Notes: generated by a model not told the origin, from the sequence alone. Counted from the stretch's first letter, positions 12,186 through 25,602 are shown. The stretch: DNA of 64,000 nt from Rhizodiscina lignyota (GCA_010015805.1 ML978145.1:1-64000), one strand, 5' to 3'. Numbers and translations are program-made.

Positions 12186-12660
12186 ATGCCCAAGTTTATC
12201 GTTCTCGTCCATGCTTCTTAACTTCTTAAGGAGTCTGAGGCCGGTCAGATCAGGAGAGCACAACTCTCACTCCACTTGATAACCCATCTGAATAAATACA
12301 CATCTCATTAAATGCCGACGACAGAAGAACTTGGGAAATGGGCGCTTTTAACAAGCCGTTCCGGGATTTCGGGATTCTGCTCGAAGCTGGTGGTTTGCTC
12401 CCATCTTCCAAGGGTGCTCGTATCAACTTCGGCGAAGATTTCGAGCCAACATTCAAACGCGGACCGTTTGAACTCGAAAACTTGATTGCCGGGTATTGGA
12501 TGACTAGAGCCGGCTCTGTAGAATAGGTGATAGAGTGGGCAAATAGGTTTCATTTAAAAAGGCAGCGTCGAGATTTGAAAAGCAGAAGAGTAAGACTTTG
12601 GTGGCGACGATCGAGAAGCTTGAACAGCAGGAGGAGAATAAAGAGCAGGAATTGTCGAAG
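12186..12660 (+). pseudogene. YCII/DGPF-family pseudogene
   Basis: MPKFIVLVHAS*..KESEAG / MPTTEEL..MGAFN...LLEAGGLLPSSKGARINF...GPFELENLIAGYW...SVE*VIEWA..GSVEI*; several stops and frameshifts. Confidence 0.8.
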
Positions 12661-13457
12661 CATCCCAACTGCTCAAGTATTGACCAATTGCCTCTTATTG
12701 AGATCTGCCCCAGTGCCGTCGTGCAAGGAGTGCGAGAATAGCATATGCATTCACCGTTTTGGGTCTTGACTTTGCGGAACCTTGCCAATATGGACACAAG
12801 CTTTGAACAAGCTTTCGACAAGCTTTTCCTAGTTTTAGGCATCCGTAAGAAGATCGATTGGGTGACTGACGGCGTACGAGTGGGACTGCGGCCGCCGTGT
12901 CCATGTCACCAATCAAGACTCTCGTATCCAGCCGGCCCAAGGGTGTTCCCTTGCTGCAGGCTGACGTCTCTTTCAAAAGAAAACATCGTCATGTCTGCTT
13001 CTCCACCATCTGGAACTGCACAAATCCTAAATTGTCCCCACCGCATGTGTCATCATACGCGGCACTTTTTGCAAAGTGGACCTGAGCAGTGCCCAAATGG
13101 ATTTCGCATTGCATCGGAATCCTGCCAACGGTCAGCCTTGCAATCGCATTGCGGGTTTCGCTATCATGCTCTAAAATTCTGGTTCCCCTTGTAGGTTATG
13201 ACTCCACTAATAAAAACCAACACAAGGGATTCGGACTCCGATGAATTCCACTTCAATTCTCCTTCATGTTGAGTCCTCAAGGCAATCCAACAGATGACAC
13301 GCAAAGTGGATAAAAGAAACAAATACGGACAATGGTCCGCAACAAAGTCCGCTCGACTTCAGGATGGTAGAGATTCATCGTATATAAGTGCAAGGCAAGG
13401 CTTTCGCGATTCAGGACAGAGCCGACAGCATCGTCCTCATTAGCTCAAGTTTCAACA

Positions 13458-14552
13458 ATGCCTCACGTCGCAGTCTGGATTGATGAAGAATCAAACCTCG
13501 CCCCCCAAACCGTTGAAGAAGGATCATACCATCCAGGTGAATCTGAAATACTCGTCAAAGTCATTTATTCTTCAATCAACCCGGCCGACCTCAAACATGC
13601 CGTCTTTTCCAAAGGCTCAAGGAATACTATTTGCGGTTATGAGTTCTCTGGAATTGTAGAAGAAACTGGCGCCGGATCAAAGTTTAAAGTTGGCGACAAA
13701 GTATTCGGCACAACCCCTGTCGACTACACCGGGAAGGGTCGAAAGCCAGAATGGGGTGGCTACCAGTCGAGACTGGTTTGTCCAGATGTCCTTGCAGCTC
13801 ACGTTCCCGACTCACTACCGCTTTCTCATGCGGCTGGAATTTCCCTCATCGCGAGAACGATGGGTGACGCCATGTTCAATCTCTTCAAGTTCCCATTTCC
13901 CCCAGAAGACCGCCCGCATGCAATTGGAACACCATTCCTGATCTGGGGTGGTTCCAGTGCCCTTGGACATATGACCATTTGGGTTGCGAAGCTTCTTGGT
14001 CTCCATCCCATCTTGACAACGGCATCCCCGCATAATGCCGGAAGACTGAAAGGTGCTGGGGCGACGGAAGTCTTCGACTACCACTCGGACACAGTCACGG
14101 CTGATATCCGCGCATACATGGACCAGTATTTTGACGGACGACCGATCATGCAGGCATTCGATGCAGTTAGCATACCAAAACCTCGTCATACCGTCGAGTT
14201 GGTCGAAGACTGCTGTGCTCCAGATGCAATCATTTTATCCGCAGGAAGACATCCACGCCATGATGGACCTTTTGGAGAGCGAGAGTACGATTGGCCAATC
14301 CTCTTGCCCGATGGAACACTTCAGGTAGTTCGGCATAAGAGTGATGAAGGTGCAGCAATGCAGAGACGTGTTGTCGATTGGGCAGCTGCCAATTACGGTT
14401 GGCTATGGAAGCTACCACCTCTGAAAATCGTAAAGGGTGCACAGGCTGGGATTGAAGAGAGCAAAAGAGTGGCGTTTCGAGGTGCTGGATTCGAGAAGGT
14501 AGTGGTTGAGCACGAAAACGCAATGAAATCTTTGAAGGCCAATGGATGGTAA
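13458..14552 (+). CDS. Zn-independent MDR oxidoreductase, trans-enoyl reductase (LovC-like)
   Basis: SINPADLKH, GYEFSG, LIWGGSSALG, TTASPHN, GATEVFDY; no Zn ligands; intact, intronless. Confidence 0.85.
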   Translation: MPHVAVWIDEESNLAPQTVEEGSYHPGESEILVKVIYSSINPADLKHAVFSKGSRNTICGYEFSGIVEETGAGSKFKVGDKVFGTTPVDYTGKGRKPEWGGYQSRLVCPDVLAAHVPDSLPLSHAAGISLIARTMGDAMFNLFKFPFPPEDRPHAIGTPFLIWGGSSALGHMTIWVAKLLGLHPILTTASPHNAGRLKGAGATEVFDYHSDTVTADIRAYMDQYFDGRPIMQAFDAVSIPKPRHTVELVEDCCAPDAIILSAGRHPRHDGPFGEREYDWPILLPDGTLQVVRHKSDEGAAMQRRVVDWAAANYGWLWKLPPLKIVKGAQAGIEESKRVAFRGAGFEKVVVEHENAMKSLKANGW

Positions 14553-14775
14553 TACCAAGTTGGAGATGTAGGTATGGAGTTGCGCTTGATACTTTAGAAT
14601 TCTAGTCCTTGGAGGAGTGACATGGAATACACAAGCCGGAATGAGCAGAGACCCTTACATTATACACTCATTTCCGCAACATATCTACTCGACCAGATGC
14701 CAGAGCAAAAATTGGAACCCTTTCTTATCCAGACTATGAAAATATACAGGCTAAATACATGTCATCGCATAGCTT

Positions 14776-16144
14776 TCATATCTCTTCCGCGTTCTCGCGA
14801 GACAGATAGCTTCCCACCGCCTCTTCCGCATTCCAGTCATGCACAGTCCGTGCGAACCAACTGGTGAAATACTGCATCTTCAACATGATGAACATTGCTG
14901 CATATACGACACGCGTCATGAACCAGCTCATCGGCATTTTCGGGTCCTTGAAGCGTAACGCATTATCCTTCATACTCTTCACTCTTTGAAAACGCACATC
15001 TTATAACCCCTTGACGGATCTTTCCACCGCCTGTGCAACAATGTCGTCTCGGTTGATTGCTGGATTGTTGAAGCGGGGCCCCGAAAGATGTTCTGCAAGC
15101 AATAAAGACAATGTCTGCGCGTCTTCAAAAGCCTGGCTAGAACCTTGTCCAGTCTTTGGAGGCATCGCGTGTGCAGCGTCACCAACAAGAACGACACCAT
15201 TCTTTCCCCAAAATGGGACATCCGGCACGATGAATATTGGATAGATGTTGCCGAGCTCGGCATTCTGCAAGCATTTGTTGATCAGTGGATCTGTCCAATC
15301 CTTATGGCGCCCACAAAGTTGTTTGGTAATGAGCTCATGGTCAAGCTTGAGGTTCCTGTCTGGCACTTCACCCGCAGTATCATAGATGGAAAAATACAAC
15401 AATTTGGTTTGTATCAGACTTGGTCAGACCGCAGTAACCAAAGACGCCGGTTGAGCCCATGATGAATGTGATGCTAGGATCTTTTATGTAGTCTTCCGGT
15501 AAAGCCATATCGAGAACACCGCCGACAGCGCATATTCCACTGCGAATGTAAGCAAGGATCCAGATCATGTAGAGGACCTCAAATGTTGCAGCTCACAGAT
15601 ATTCGGGACGATATTTGCTGTCGTCACCAAAAAGAGAGTGCCTGACAGGGCTTCGAATCCCATCTGCACCGATTACAAGATCCGCAGTTTCATCCGGCGA
15701 TCCATCTTCGAATTGCACTATCGGGCTCTTGCCTTCTCGAATGACGACTCTCGACACGGTTTTGTAGCTCACGAAATCCGTTGGTAGAGAGTCCTGGAGA
15801 CATTGGATGAGAATTGGACGCGAAATAGGAAGGATGTCTTGGTAGTCATGACCAAGGAGGAAGTCGCTTGCTGTCTTCCATGTAAAGTGCTTGCACGGAT
15901 AACCTGCGGAGTAGACTCGTTCTCCAAGAGCTGGATCCAATTCGCGCAAAACACGCAAGCCGTTGGATTGAAGGCTGATTGCAGCACCCTGATTCTTTAA
16001 GCGCCGGTCTGATTCGTCACTAGAGCCATCGTGTGGATCGGTCTTGTCGTAGATTTTAATCTCGAGTGGTTGGCTGAGGTATTTTCGAAGAGCAATCGCG
16101 GTGCTAAGACCGCTTAGGCCGGCACCGACGATGATGACCTTCAT
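14776..16144 (-). pseudogene. FAD-dependent monooxygenase (salicylate hydroxylase-like), disrupted
   Basis: GAGLSG, IGADGIRS, LVGDAAH motifs; intron about 15541-15596; +1 frameshift near 15405 (DTN|KLLYFSIY) and in-frame TAA at 15001-15003 (KGL*DVRFQR). Confidence 0.8.
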
Positions 16145-16903
16145 CTAGTACGGTCAAGTGAACTTGAACCAAAGCCGCCTGCTAGTAGAAACTCGACGAG
16201 TTTGCTGCGCCGGAAAATTCGACGTGCCAGAATCCACAGGTCTCCACCCTGTGCAACCTCTGAGTCCCTTCGCCTTCGCCTTTATCGCACGGCCGAAACG
16301 CCTCCTTTTATTTAGTGAAACAGCTGTATCTAAACTCCTCTGAAATGCTTTGCTAGCGCCTCGACACTCGCATTCGATCACTCATTTCCGTGCATAGCTA
16401 TTTTTCATCGTCCACAAGCAATGTGGAACGCTGTAAAGCAATCTGAAGAGAAAAGTTATGCTCGAAGCAGGAGAATGATTTGCTTCTCGCAAAGACTTGG
16501 CCGTCTTTCGTGCCGTCAATTTGCTTATGATTGTGTTGTAAAGAGAGTTCCATTTGAGCTGCTGCCTGGCAGAGGCCCGACAGAACGGAACAGAACGGAA
16601 CGTGGAGAGCCGAGTCTTTTCTTTCCCTTTGATCTTTGCGAAACTCGAAACGCATCTCTACACACTCCAAAGCAGAAATGGCTCAACAGAACAAGTCAGC
16701 GAACCATTGCTCTCTACCGTCGCAAAACGTCATTAACCGAAAATTGCCGTTGAAGATGCGCCTCGTACCCGGTAATCCACGGTCACTGAATGCGGAGAAG
16801 GCCAAGAATCTTCAGACGAGGGGGGTCGAACTTGAAGACTTCCGAGACTTTGAATGAATTTGAGTTGTTCGTATTTTATACAGATTCCTCTTGCATAGAC
16901 GGT

Positions 16904-18645
16904 ATGGTGGGATATTCTGCGGAACTGTTTACTGGATCTTCTCTTGGTCTCCTAGCACATTTCATATTCAAGCGTTATGAACCTTCCGTTCTTCAATTTG
17001 TGTTCACTGCGGCCTTGGTTGGCATAGCAGAGTCTGTATTCTTCACTATTGCGCAAGTTGCTATATCAACAGTCGCATTTCTGATCGTCCTGTCCTCGTC
17101 CATTCTCTATTATCGTGTTCTCTCGACGAATCATCCACTCCACCACATTCCTGGTCCGCTAGCAGCACGAGCCTCTCAATTATGGCTATTCTGGTCGCTC
17201 TACAGGGGACATCCACGGCAGATTCAAAAAGACATGCACGAAAGATACGGACCCGTTGTCAGAATTGGCCCGAACGAGGTATCAATCGCCGATGCAGCGA
17301 GCTTGAACGTGATATACGGCGGCAAGCCATGGCTCAAAGGCAAGAGCTACTCATTCACTGCAAGCGGAGGAGCTGCAACACACGAAGTTGCACTCTCTGC
17401 GATCCGAGACCGTACGTGCACCACCCACAATTGAAGCGCTTGACGATACTGATGATTCGCAGCAAAGGAGCATGCCTTCAGACGAAAGATTTGGGATCGC
17501 GCATTCTCTATTGCTTCGTTAAAGAATTACCAGCCCTTCATTACGAAGCGAGTTGAGCAGCTGTGCGAACAACTCGATCGGCGCTGCTCCGCAGTCTCTA
17601 TAGACCTGTACCAATGGCTCAGTTATCTAGTCTTCGACGTCATGACAGATCTGGCATGGTCTGGAGGCGGTGATGCTGTACTCAAAGGCCGAGATCCAGA
17701 TGGCGCTATTGCTTCGGCTCGGTATTCGCTACACATCGCTGGCATGACAAAAGTACTACCATGGCTTGCAAAACATCTGCTCGGACTTCCATGGATTGAC
17801 AGCAAGACTTTAGAATTCCGCCGCTTTTCCAGCGACATGTTTGTGAAAAGGATGAATGACAAGAACAACACCGACAAAGAATCTCCGAAGGACGTATTCT
17901 ATCATCTATTGAGTGAAGGCTCTGAAGACGGGCGGCAATGGAGCATCAATGCGCTTCAAGCAGATTCGCGACAAGTAGTCACTGCTGGAGCGGACACGAC
18001 AGTCTCTGCCATTGCTTACTTATTCTTTTGCCTTCTCCGCTCTCCAAATCACTACAAACGACTCCAGAAGACGATTGATACGGAATTTCCACATGAGCGG
18101 CCGTTGGAATACGATGCATTGGCAAAGCTGACTTTGCTTGACGCATATGTCAACGAAGCATTGCGAGTATGCATCTTCTTTTCTTGTTCTCATCATTGGA
18201 TACTGACCGAGTCCTCTTTCAGCTTGAGCCTCCAATCCCATTCCAGAACCAGCGCATTGTCCCAGAGAGTGGCTACAGCATCAATGGAATCTCTCTTCCT
18301 CCAGGAACTCATGTTCGAGCGGCTCTCTATGCAATCGCTCGTTTACCAAACGAGTTCAGCAGTCCCGACGAATTCCGACCGGAGCGATGGTTGATAGGCG
18401 AGAGAGTTCCAAATGAGCGGTTCAATGCAAAAGCCTCCGCCCCATTCATACTAGGTCCGTATCACTGCGTGGGGAGAAACTTTGCAATGCAAGAGATGAG
18501 GTATACAGTCGCTTCCTTGGTGCGGCGATACAACATGCGATTTGCGGACGGTTTCAATATTCAAGAGTTTGAGAAGAGGATCGAGGATCGGAGTGTACTT
18601 GAAATTGAACATCCGCTAGAAGTTATCATTGAGAGAAGACAATAG
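16904..18645 (+). CDS. Cytochrome P450 (2 introns), intact
   Basis: N-terminal TM, IPGP, YGPVVRIGPNE, AGADTT, EALR, PERW, heme FILGPYHCVG; introns 17412-17462 and about 18168-18222 keep the frame. Confidence 0.9.
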
Positions 18646-20160
18646 TCATTCGTTAATCCGATTGATGTTTGAGGTCCAGCCCCTTGGCACATCATTTTGG
18701 GAGCAAGTCAGAGCTCGCTGTCCTATCATTCCATGAATCCACGCCTTGTCAAACACCCATTACTCCCAGCAAAATGCAGGTATTACTACAGTCTTCCTCT
18801 CCAGCGGGTTTCCAAACTTCTCGAGTGTGCCACATCTGATCTTCTGGTGAAACCGTGTCGCGTGCGCATCGTCAGAGAACAGAAAGACTGTCTCGGCGCT
18901 GTTCGACTCTCGGGATGAACGGGAATATACTCTCTCTAACCCCTGAGGCAGGTCAAACTTGATAGAGCTGAGATTTCTGTTCTCAGTGTGCGTATCGGAG
19001 GTGTTTCGGGATTCCAAGTCGATATTATTAGAGGCGCCGAAGGAAATGAACGCTCTGAGATAGTTCGGCATGACTTTGTGTACCTTGGTTTCGGGAGAAA
19101 GAATTCAATTGGATAGGATGATCGTGATTGAGCTATTGATTGGGATGTTTTTGCAACCGATTTGCTGAAGGACATCATAATTTCAAAGGAAATGCAGTAA
19201 TCTTCTTACACGACCTTAAGTACTCTTCGCATTCTCAGCAGCTCATCACGCTACCCTCGTGCGATTCAGACACATGAATACCGGTTTGAACGGCGTGGTC
19301 ATGTGGTGGCGTGTTCAATGATCCAGCGGCGGGTACCGAGCGATTGGTGGTGTGAGACACATCACAGTCAGACCGGGAAATGGCATCGGCGTTCAACATG
19401 AAGCATCGGCGAACAGATCTTAGTCATCATCCTTTTACTCAAACGCCTCATCTCTGTATGAATCCGATGGGGACTTTGTCGACAGTTATCGACTTCTCTG
19501 CGAATCAGCCAGATCGACACATCAGTGACGTTTGCCGATCCCCTTTTCATCTACAAATCCCATTCTCTCTCTAGCATCACCGATCCGAAGCTTTATCGTA
19601 CCGACAAGGGACTCTTATTCTGCGACAAAATCATTTCAGATGTCCTGTAAATTCACAGGAGCAAGCCTTTGCCTGGGATTGCAGGCATGCATTATGAGCT
19701 TGAGACGATGGCTCCGCTCCAAAATATTAAGGAAAGTATTCTGCGTGGAATTTTCAAGCAATTGGCAACAGTGCCAAAGCCAGATCTAGAAAAGGCTGTG
19801 CTTTCGGACAATCGGCACTGCGGCCTTTGCTGCAAAGGAGCAATTCCCTGATTCTTTGTATCTCGCCCCGGGACCGCTAAGGGTGAAGTAATGATAATTC
19901 TGCTTCTGTTGTAGATGATCTCTACTACTACTACCGATTCTGCTAGCTTTAGTTCAGAGTAAAAAATGAGGCATATCCTGCCTAGCAAAAGTTCCGCAAA
20001 CGTCGACAAAATAATGTTTGGTTCCACAGAACCGAGCACTTGTGCAGTATAAAAACAGATATGCTATATCCGAATCTCGTCATGACCTTATTGCAACACT
20101 GCAAGAATGGCTCCGCAATCTCCGCCTCGCTATGCAGAAAAGCAGAAAACAAGCAAAATG

Positions 20161-21899
20161 TCAATCCGAAAATGTGACTCTTTTCAGTTTAGAAAATTCT
20201 CGCGGCGCACCAGCACGACTTGGAAGACTAAAGTCAAAATCGAGTCGCCGCTTCGAAGGTATAATTGACGGAGGCGTCTGTGGTTTTGTGTCACTATCAG
20301 GTAGTTCGGACGGGTCGTCATTGGGAACGATGGGCGAGTCAACTACCTCCATAGTCTCTGCTGGCTTTAGATTGTGCGCAGATGATGACCCCGTCTGACT
20401 TTGCGCTGGTATTTCCGCAGGAGCTGAAGTGTCTCGAAGCGTAGGTAACAGGTGTACGGCGCCTCGACTCTGGCTCCTGTCAAACACAGAGTCTGGAGAT
20501 AATGTCCTCTCCAGACTCCCAGCACTAATAGCTCTTGTTTGTTTCTTTTCAGCCTGCCTGTTCTCAGCCTGTATCGCGTCCTGTGCAGTAAAGGTTCCTG
20601 GCACATCCTCATCACAGTCCTCAATGAATCCCCAGAACTGAGCCCAAGTAGGAGGATTCATCATAACGTCCATGAACTTTCCCCTAATCATCGTACGCAT
20701 GCGTCTAATGTCGCTAAGCAGCTCGACATGAGTCTTCCTCAAACTATGCCTGCTGATAAGTGCTGAGACAGCAACGACTTCTATGGGAGCGAATCTCTTC
20801 GACCTCGCGAACGCATGTCCTTGAAATGCTTGTGGATCTTGGACTAGCAGTTCCGTGAACGTATTGAAAACTCTTGCGAGATGACTCTTAGTCGCATCTG
20901 TGAAAGCCGACGTGTCGTTTATAAATTGATTCAGGCCCGGCACAGAACATCTGAACAAAGGTTTACCAGTTGAGCGGGAGCTCTTGTCGCTACTGAACTT
21001 TTGACATTCGACAATCTGTGCGAAGCAGAACAGAAGCAAGCGGAACCCACTTGAGCGCTTAGTATCAGTCAGGTTGATAACGGTTCGGAAATCTTCCTCA
21101 AAAGTCCGCGCAAAGTCTTGCCATAGCCCCGTTGTAGCTCGTAACTTTTCCGCCGGTGTGAGTTGAACGCCTTTCTGGACACGCGCAAATAGATCTTCCT
21201 CCTGGTCCGGCGCAAGGTCGTTGAATTCGTAGCACACAAACTCCTTATTTCGAAAGTCTTCTCGGTTCTTATCTGATAAGACCTTCCGATGTTTTACTTT
21301 ATCAATATCTGCCTCGGTGCAATACCACCTGTGAATTAGTTAGTTGATTGAGTAAAGACGGCGCTAGATGGAAGAGCTAAATACCAACTGACGCCCTTCC
21401 TATCCTTAACCGGAATCTTGCCCTGTATAAAAGCTCTGACAGACGACAGTCTCTGCTTGCCATCGACGCACACGCGTTTCCATCTACTCGTCCCATCCTC
21501 TAGTGTGACCTTCTGCCGGTTGAAGATAATCGGCGGGATGTAGTAATCCTCAAGAATGGAATTGATTAGGCCGACCATCCTCTTCTGGTCCCACACAACA
21601 TCACGCTGATACTCCGGGTTCAGTTCAAGCCATGGTGTATCGAGCAGATCCATCAGGCTTTGCAGATTGCGCTTCACGACGAGCGCAGGTCGCAGCTTTT
21701 GGCGTGGGTGGAACGCGCCATCGTCATCTTCGTCGTCAGAACCGGCAAAGTCGTCCTCGTCATTCAATGCATCGTCATTTTCAAGTGGATCCCATTCCGC
21801 GTCTGCTCGTGACTTTTCTGAATATCGTTGTGCTTTAGATTGGTTCTTCACTCGAGTACTTGCCCGCTTCAGCGGGATACAGATAGGTTTGGGGGCCAT
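20161..21899 (-). CDS. DUF262 (ParB/Srx-like, GmrS-type) domain protein
   Basis: PEYQRDVVW, LINSIL..YYIPPIIF, VDGKQRL, LFARVQKG.QL motifs; acidic N-terminus; intron 21329-21384. Confidence 0.85.
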
Positions 21900-22315
21900 T
21901 TCACATGTCGCAAAGACAAGTTTTAGATTGACGAACGCATCTGAGAATGGATAGAGATGAGATGCTGCACGTTAGCACAAATGTTGAAGTTTTGTTTGCG
22001 TCGTTGTTCGCGAAGTGGCGATTTCCCGAATATCAAGTTTCAACTCAACGTCCGCGCTAACCCAGTTTGGAAATCGGTTTGAAGCCAGACCTGAAAGTTG
22101 AGCAAGAGAATCTGCAACGGATCACGTTAAGGTTGGATTTAATCATGGGGCAAAATCGCATGAAATATTTGTTCTGCGCTGGCGGTGTGATGTGCGCTGG
22201 CAGCAGTGATAAGTCCCCGCCGTCACTTTCTTCAGTGACAGTCGCAAGACGGTTCCATCACACGGGCTTGCTTCGTTTTGGAGTCTTCTTAAATGTGGTG
22301 AGATTACATTGCAAT

Positions 22316-23516
22316 CTAGCCTTCATAGCCTTCTAGCCCATCTCTAATAGCTTTCTCCAATGCTTTAGCAGCTCTGCCTACTTCTCCCTGCTCCTTCTTC
22401 GCCCATTGCAAACCCATCTCAATCGAGCCCTTATGTCTCCGCACAAACATTTCCTGGCGCTCCTCACGGTCCTCATAAGCAGCACCATCCTCATCAAGAG
22501 GCGCACCAAATAAATTCAAATAGCCAAAGGCATTCGATCTAGTAGCAATCATGTGCTGCGCGGTCTGCGTCAAAGGGAACCATGCCTGTGCGTCCACAGC
22601 TAATCGCTTTTCAAAGGCATCACGATCCGGCGGTGAGAGTGCAGCTGATATGAAGAGTGCGAATGACTGCAGAGTCTTGCCTGGGAGTTTTGGGTCCGTG
22701 GCAGGCTTCGATAGCGCGGTGCTGGACCAGCCTCCTGCACTTTGGGTGGCCTGCTTCACGGATGGATGGGAACCTTTCTCAATGTTCCATGCTAAAACAC
22801 TGATGAAACATTTGAGTGTTCGCACATATCCTCCGGCACTGGAGACGACATCCTCACCAGCAGTAGATAGTAGCCAATTCAGGACATCAAGGCCAGAAGA
22901 GCGAATATCGGCAGCCATGTGTGTCATCGCAGCATGAGTCCAGAGCAATAGTTCGTGTGCGTGACTAGATACATCTTGAGTCGGTAGAGCCTGAAGGAGC
23001 TTGAGAAGCTGGGTTCGGACGCTGTTGGATCCGTCGACGATCAGGTGCTTGACCTTCGGAATGATCAACGCGACAGGCAAGGGAAGATCCGCATCTGGAG
23101 AGCGAGAGTTGATGGCAGAGGTGAGATGCGCAAGTGATTCGCGTTTTTGATCAGATGACTTGTGATTAAGCAATGAGAGATGATGCTCAAACTGAGACTG
23201 CCCTGAAGGTGCAACGGTACTCAGAGACTGTTGCGCAAGTACAATGGCTGTGCCTAGTGGTCAGTACAGTATCTTCGGAGCGAGTCACGACAATGCATAC
23301 ACTTTGCTTTGAAACTTGTATCGGTGAAGTTGGAAGCCTTCGGTCTGGTTTTGCCAACCTTTAACTTGGGTTTCTGCTCAATGCGATTAGCCTTAGCACA
23401 ATGGCACATATTTCAGGAAGGAGAGCTGATTGTATACAGAGATGTTCTGGAGTGCCGTGAATGCATACCTGGAAGTCTTTACGTTTCTCTTTCTTCTTCT
23501 TCGCACTCGATCCCAT
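22316..23516 (-). CDS. IPI1: Pre-rRNA processing protein Ipi1 (Rix1 complex)
   Basis: MGSSAKKKKEKRKDFQ|KPKLKVGK...NFTDTSFKAK; HLSLLNHKSSDQKRESL; AAMTHMAADIR. Confidence 0.9.
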
Positions 23517-23797
23517 CCTGGCTCACCCTGCCTCAATGATCTGTATTTGATTACTCCTGCGGGCAGCAAGTGGCATGAAGACGCTTCCGTGAAGAAATCA
23601 GGAGTTCAAAGTCTCTTTACCGAGTAGTGAGAGCAGGAAGTAGACGATTGAATGCCAGGGTCCGCGATATAAAAATTTAAGTGGGGCAATCTCGTGGCGC
23701 CTGGTCCCTGCGTGCGATCCTCGTGTTTCCTCCGCGAAGTTCGAACAGAAACAATCCATCATCAACCTTTTCGATTCAGAACTTTAGAGCTTCAAAG

Positions 23798-24262
23798 ATG
23801 GAGCAATCAGCATCCGAAGAAACACTCAACCACCTAACCCGCCTCAGCCAAAAACCCGGCGTCCAATCCACTCTCGTGCTCTCCCGCGAAACGGGTGCCA
23901 TCGTTCGCACGTCGGGACTCATATCGAACAGCAGCTCTGCCAACCCCAATTCCACCCTGCCTCCGTCTGGCGATAGCACCACAACGGCTGACGGATATAC
24001 AAATGGCACACCTGGCGGCACACAGAGTGCAGAGGACGTGGCAAGGCTGGTGTGGACCTTTGTGACCGCAGCGGGGACGATGGTCGAGGGGTTGGATGGG
24101 AAGGATGGGGAGGTGAAGCTGTTGAGGGTGAGGACGAGGAAGAATGAGTTGGTTATTGTGCCTGGTACAATATGTGATTGGAAATTTCGGAGCAATACAA
24201 GCTAATGAAAGGCAGATTCGAAATTTTTGCTCGTTGTCATCCATGACACTCCACCAGCCTGA
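23798..24262 (+). CDS. Dynein light chain roadblock/LC7
   Basis: LTRLSQKPGVQSTLVLSRETGAIV...VKLLRVRTRKNELVIVP|DSKFLLVVIHDTPPA*; intron about 24165-24215. Confidence 0.9.
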
Positions 24263-24409
24263 TACCACTCTGCATTGTTTGGTTCTTATCATACATTGCA
24301 AGCCATTCGCCATAGAACGGAAGGTTTATGGACGTGGAGCACTACCAGCCATCTCTTAAACTCTCGAACAACAACCTTTGAACAGGCGTTGTTCTCGAGT
24401 ACGGGTCAA

Positions 24410-25017
24410 TCACCAATGCTTCTCAGCAATCGGAACGGTATTAACATCGACACCATCCTTGAACCACCTCTCACCCTCCGAAATCTCGAGATCGTTACCG
24501 CTCATCTGCCTCTTCCTCATCTTTCCATCAGGAGCAAACGTCCAGTCCTCAAGACCGTAGCAACGCTTCCACTTCATTCCATCGTCCGCATCTTGGTACT
24601 GCACTCTTTATCAGCCTCCAACTTATATCACTTTCTGGAAGCGTGAAGAATGATCAGGAGGGAAAGAAGATGGAACATGGAAGACGGACCTCATACCAAA
24701 ACTGCACGGCAATCTTGTTATCGGTAAAGGCGAACAGCTCCTTGCGCAGGATGTAGTTCTTCTCGCGCTGCCACTTCTTGCTTAGGAAGCCGGCAATCTC
24801 ATCCGTGCCAGTAAAGAACCAGTGACGGTTACGCCAGATGCTGTCGGGCGTGTATCCCTTGTTGGCAATGTTCACAGGGTCCCTGCACAGAAAGATGGTC
24901 AATTGCTATTCTGGATATCAAGGAGCGAGAGAGTATTTACTGAGTATTCCACAGATCCTGGGCGGCCTTGACCTTCTTGTGAGCAGTTTCAGCGTTGAAT
25001 GGCGGAGCGAGAGACAT
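24410..25017 (-). CDS. DUF1348 (NTF2/SnoaL-like) protein
   Basis: PPFNAETAHKKVKAAQDLWN, YTPDSIWRNR, LRKELFAFTDNKIAVQFWYE, YGLEDWTF...MRKRQMSGND; 2 introns. Confidence 0.9.
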
Positions 25018-25602
25018 CTTGACGATTGAGGTTGAAGACGAATTCCAAATTCATTGGCATAATGCAATTCAGCTCTGCCCTTAAGTAGCATATGTACCAA
25101 GGCGCTCAGTCAGCAATTGGGTTAGGAATATCACTGTCTCAGGTCAAGTTCCATGGAGATGGACACATTTCTGCGTGCGGCCCGCGTGCGGCGCATTCCG
25201 GGTTCCCCAGCTTTAATCTATCGCGCGAGAGCCAACACGATGGCGATCAGTCGACCAGTGAATCAGAGGATTGTGATTTTGTTTGACTCAATTCTGTGGG
25301 CTGTAGCGTGCGGCCGCACGTTCAAAGAGCAATATCAAATGGCTGTTCTAGAGCTGACATGCTTGCGAAATCCTTCGGCATCTCGACCGAGGCAGTAGAG
25401 TGACGTGATTAGATACTCCGATACCCCACCATGATCGAGACAGCAACTCTCATGAGCGCAAGCGGCTTTCTTCCGCCAATTCTCTACTCCAGTGGACTCC
25501 AAGAAAAATCGTGACTTGGCTACCCAATTGACTCAAACATACTTCTCCACGTTCATCACCGCTTACCAAATCCTCTCCTAATCGCATCCCAGTACTTTCA
25601 CC

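Noticed and set aside
1..20000. Starship (DUF3435 captain) carrying the accessory genes as cargo
   Set aside because: The relic matches the DUF3505-type family, points away from these genes, and RIP stops at about 3950; no second boundary seen
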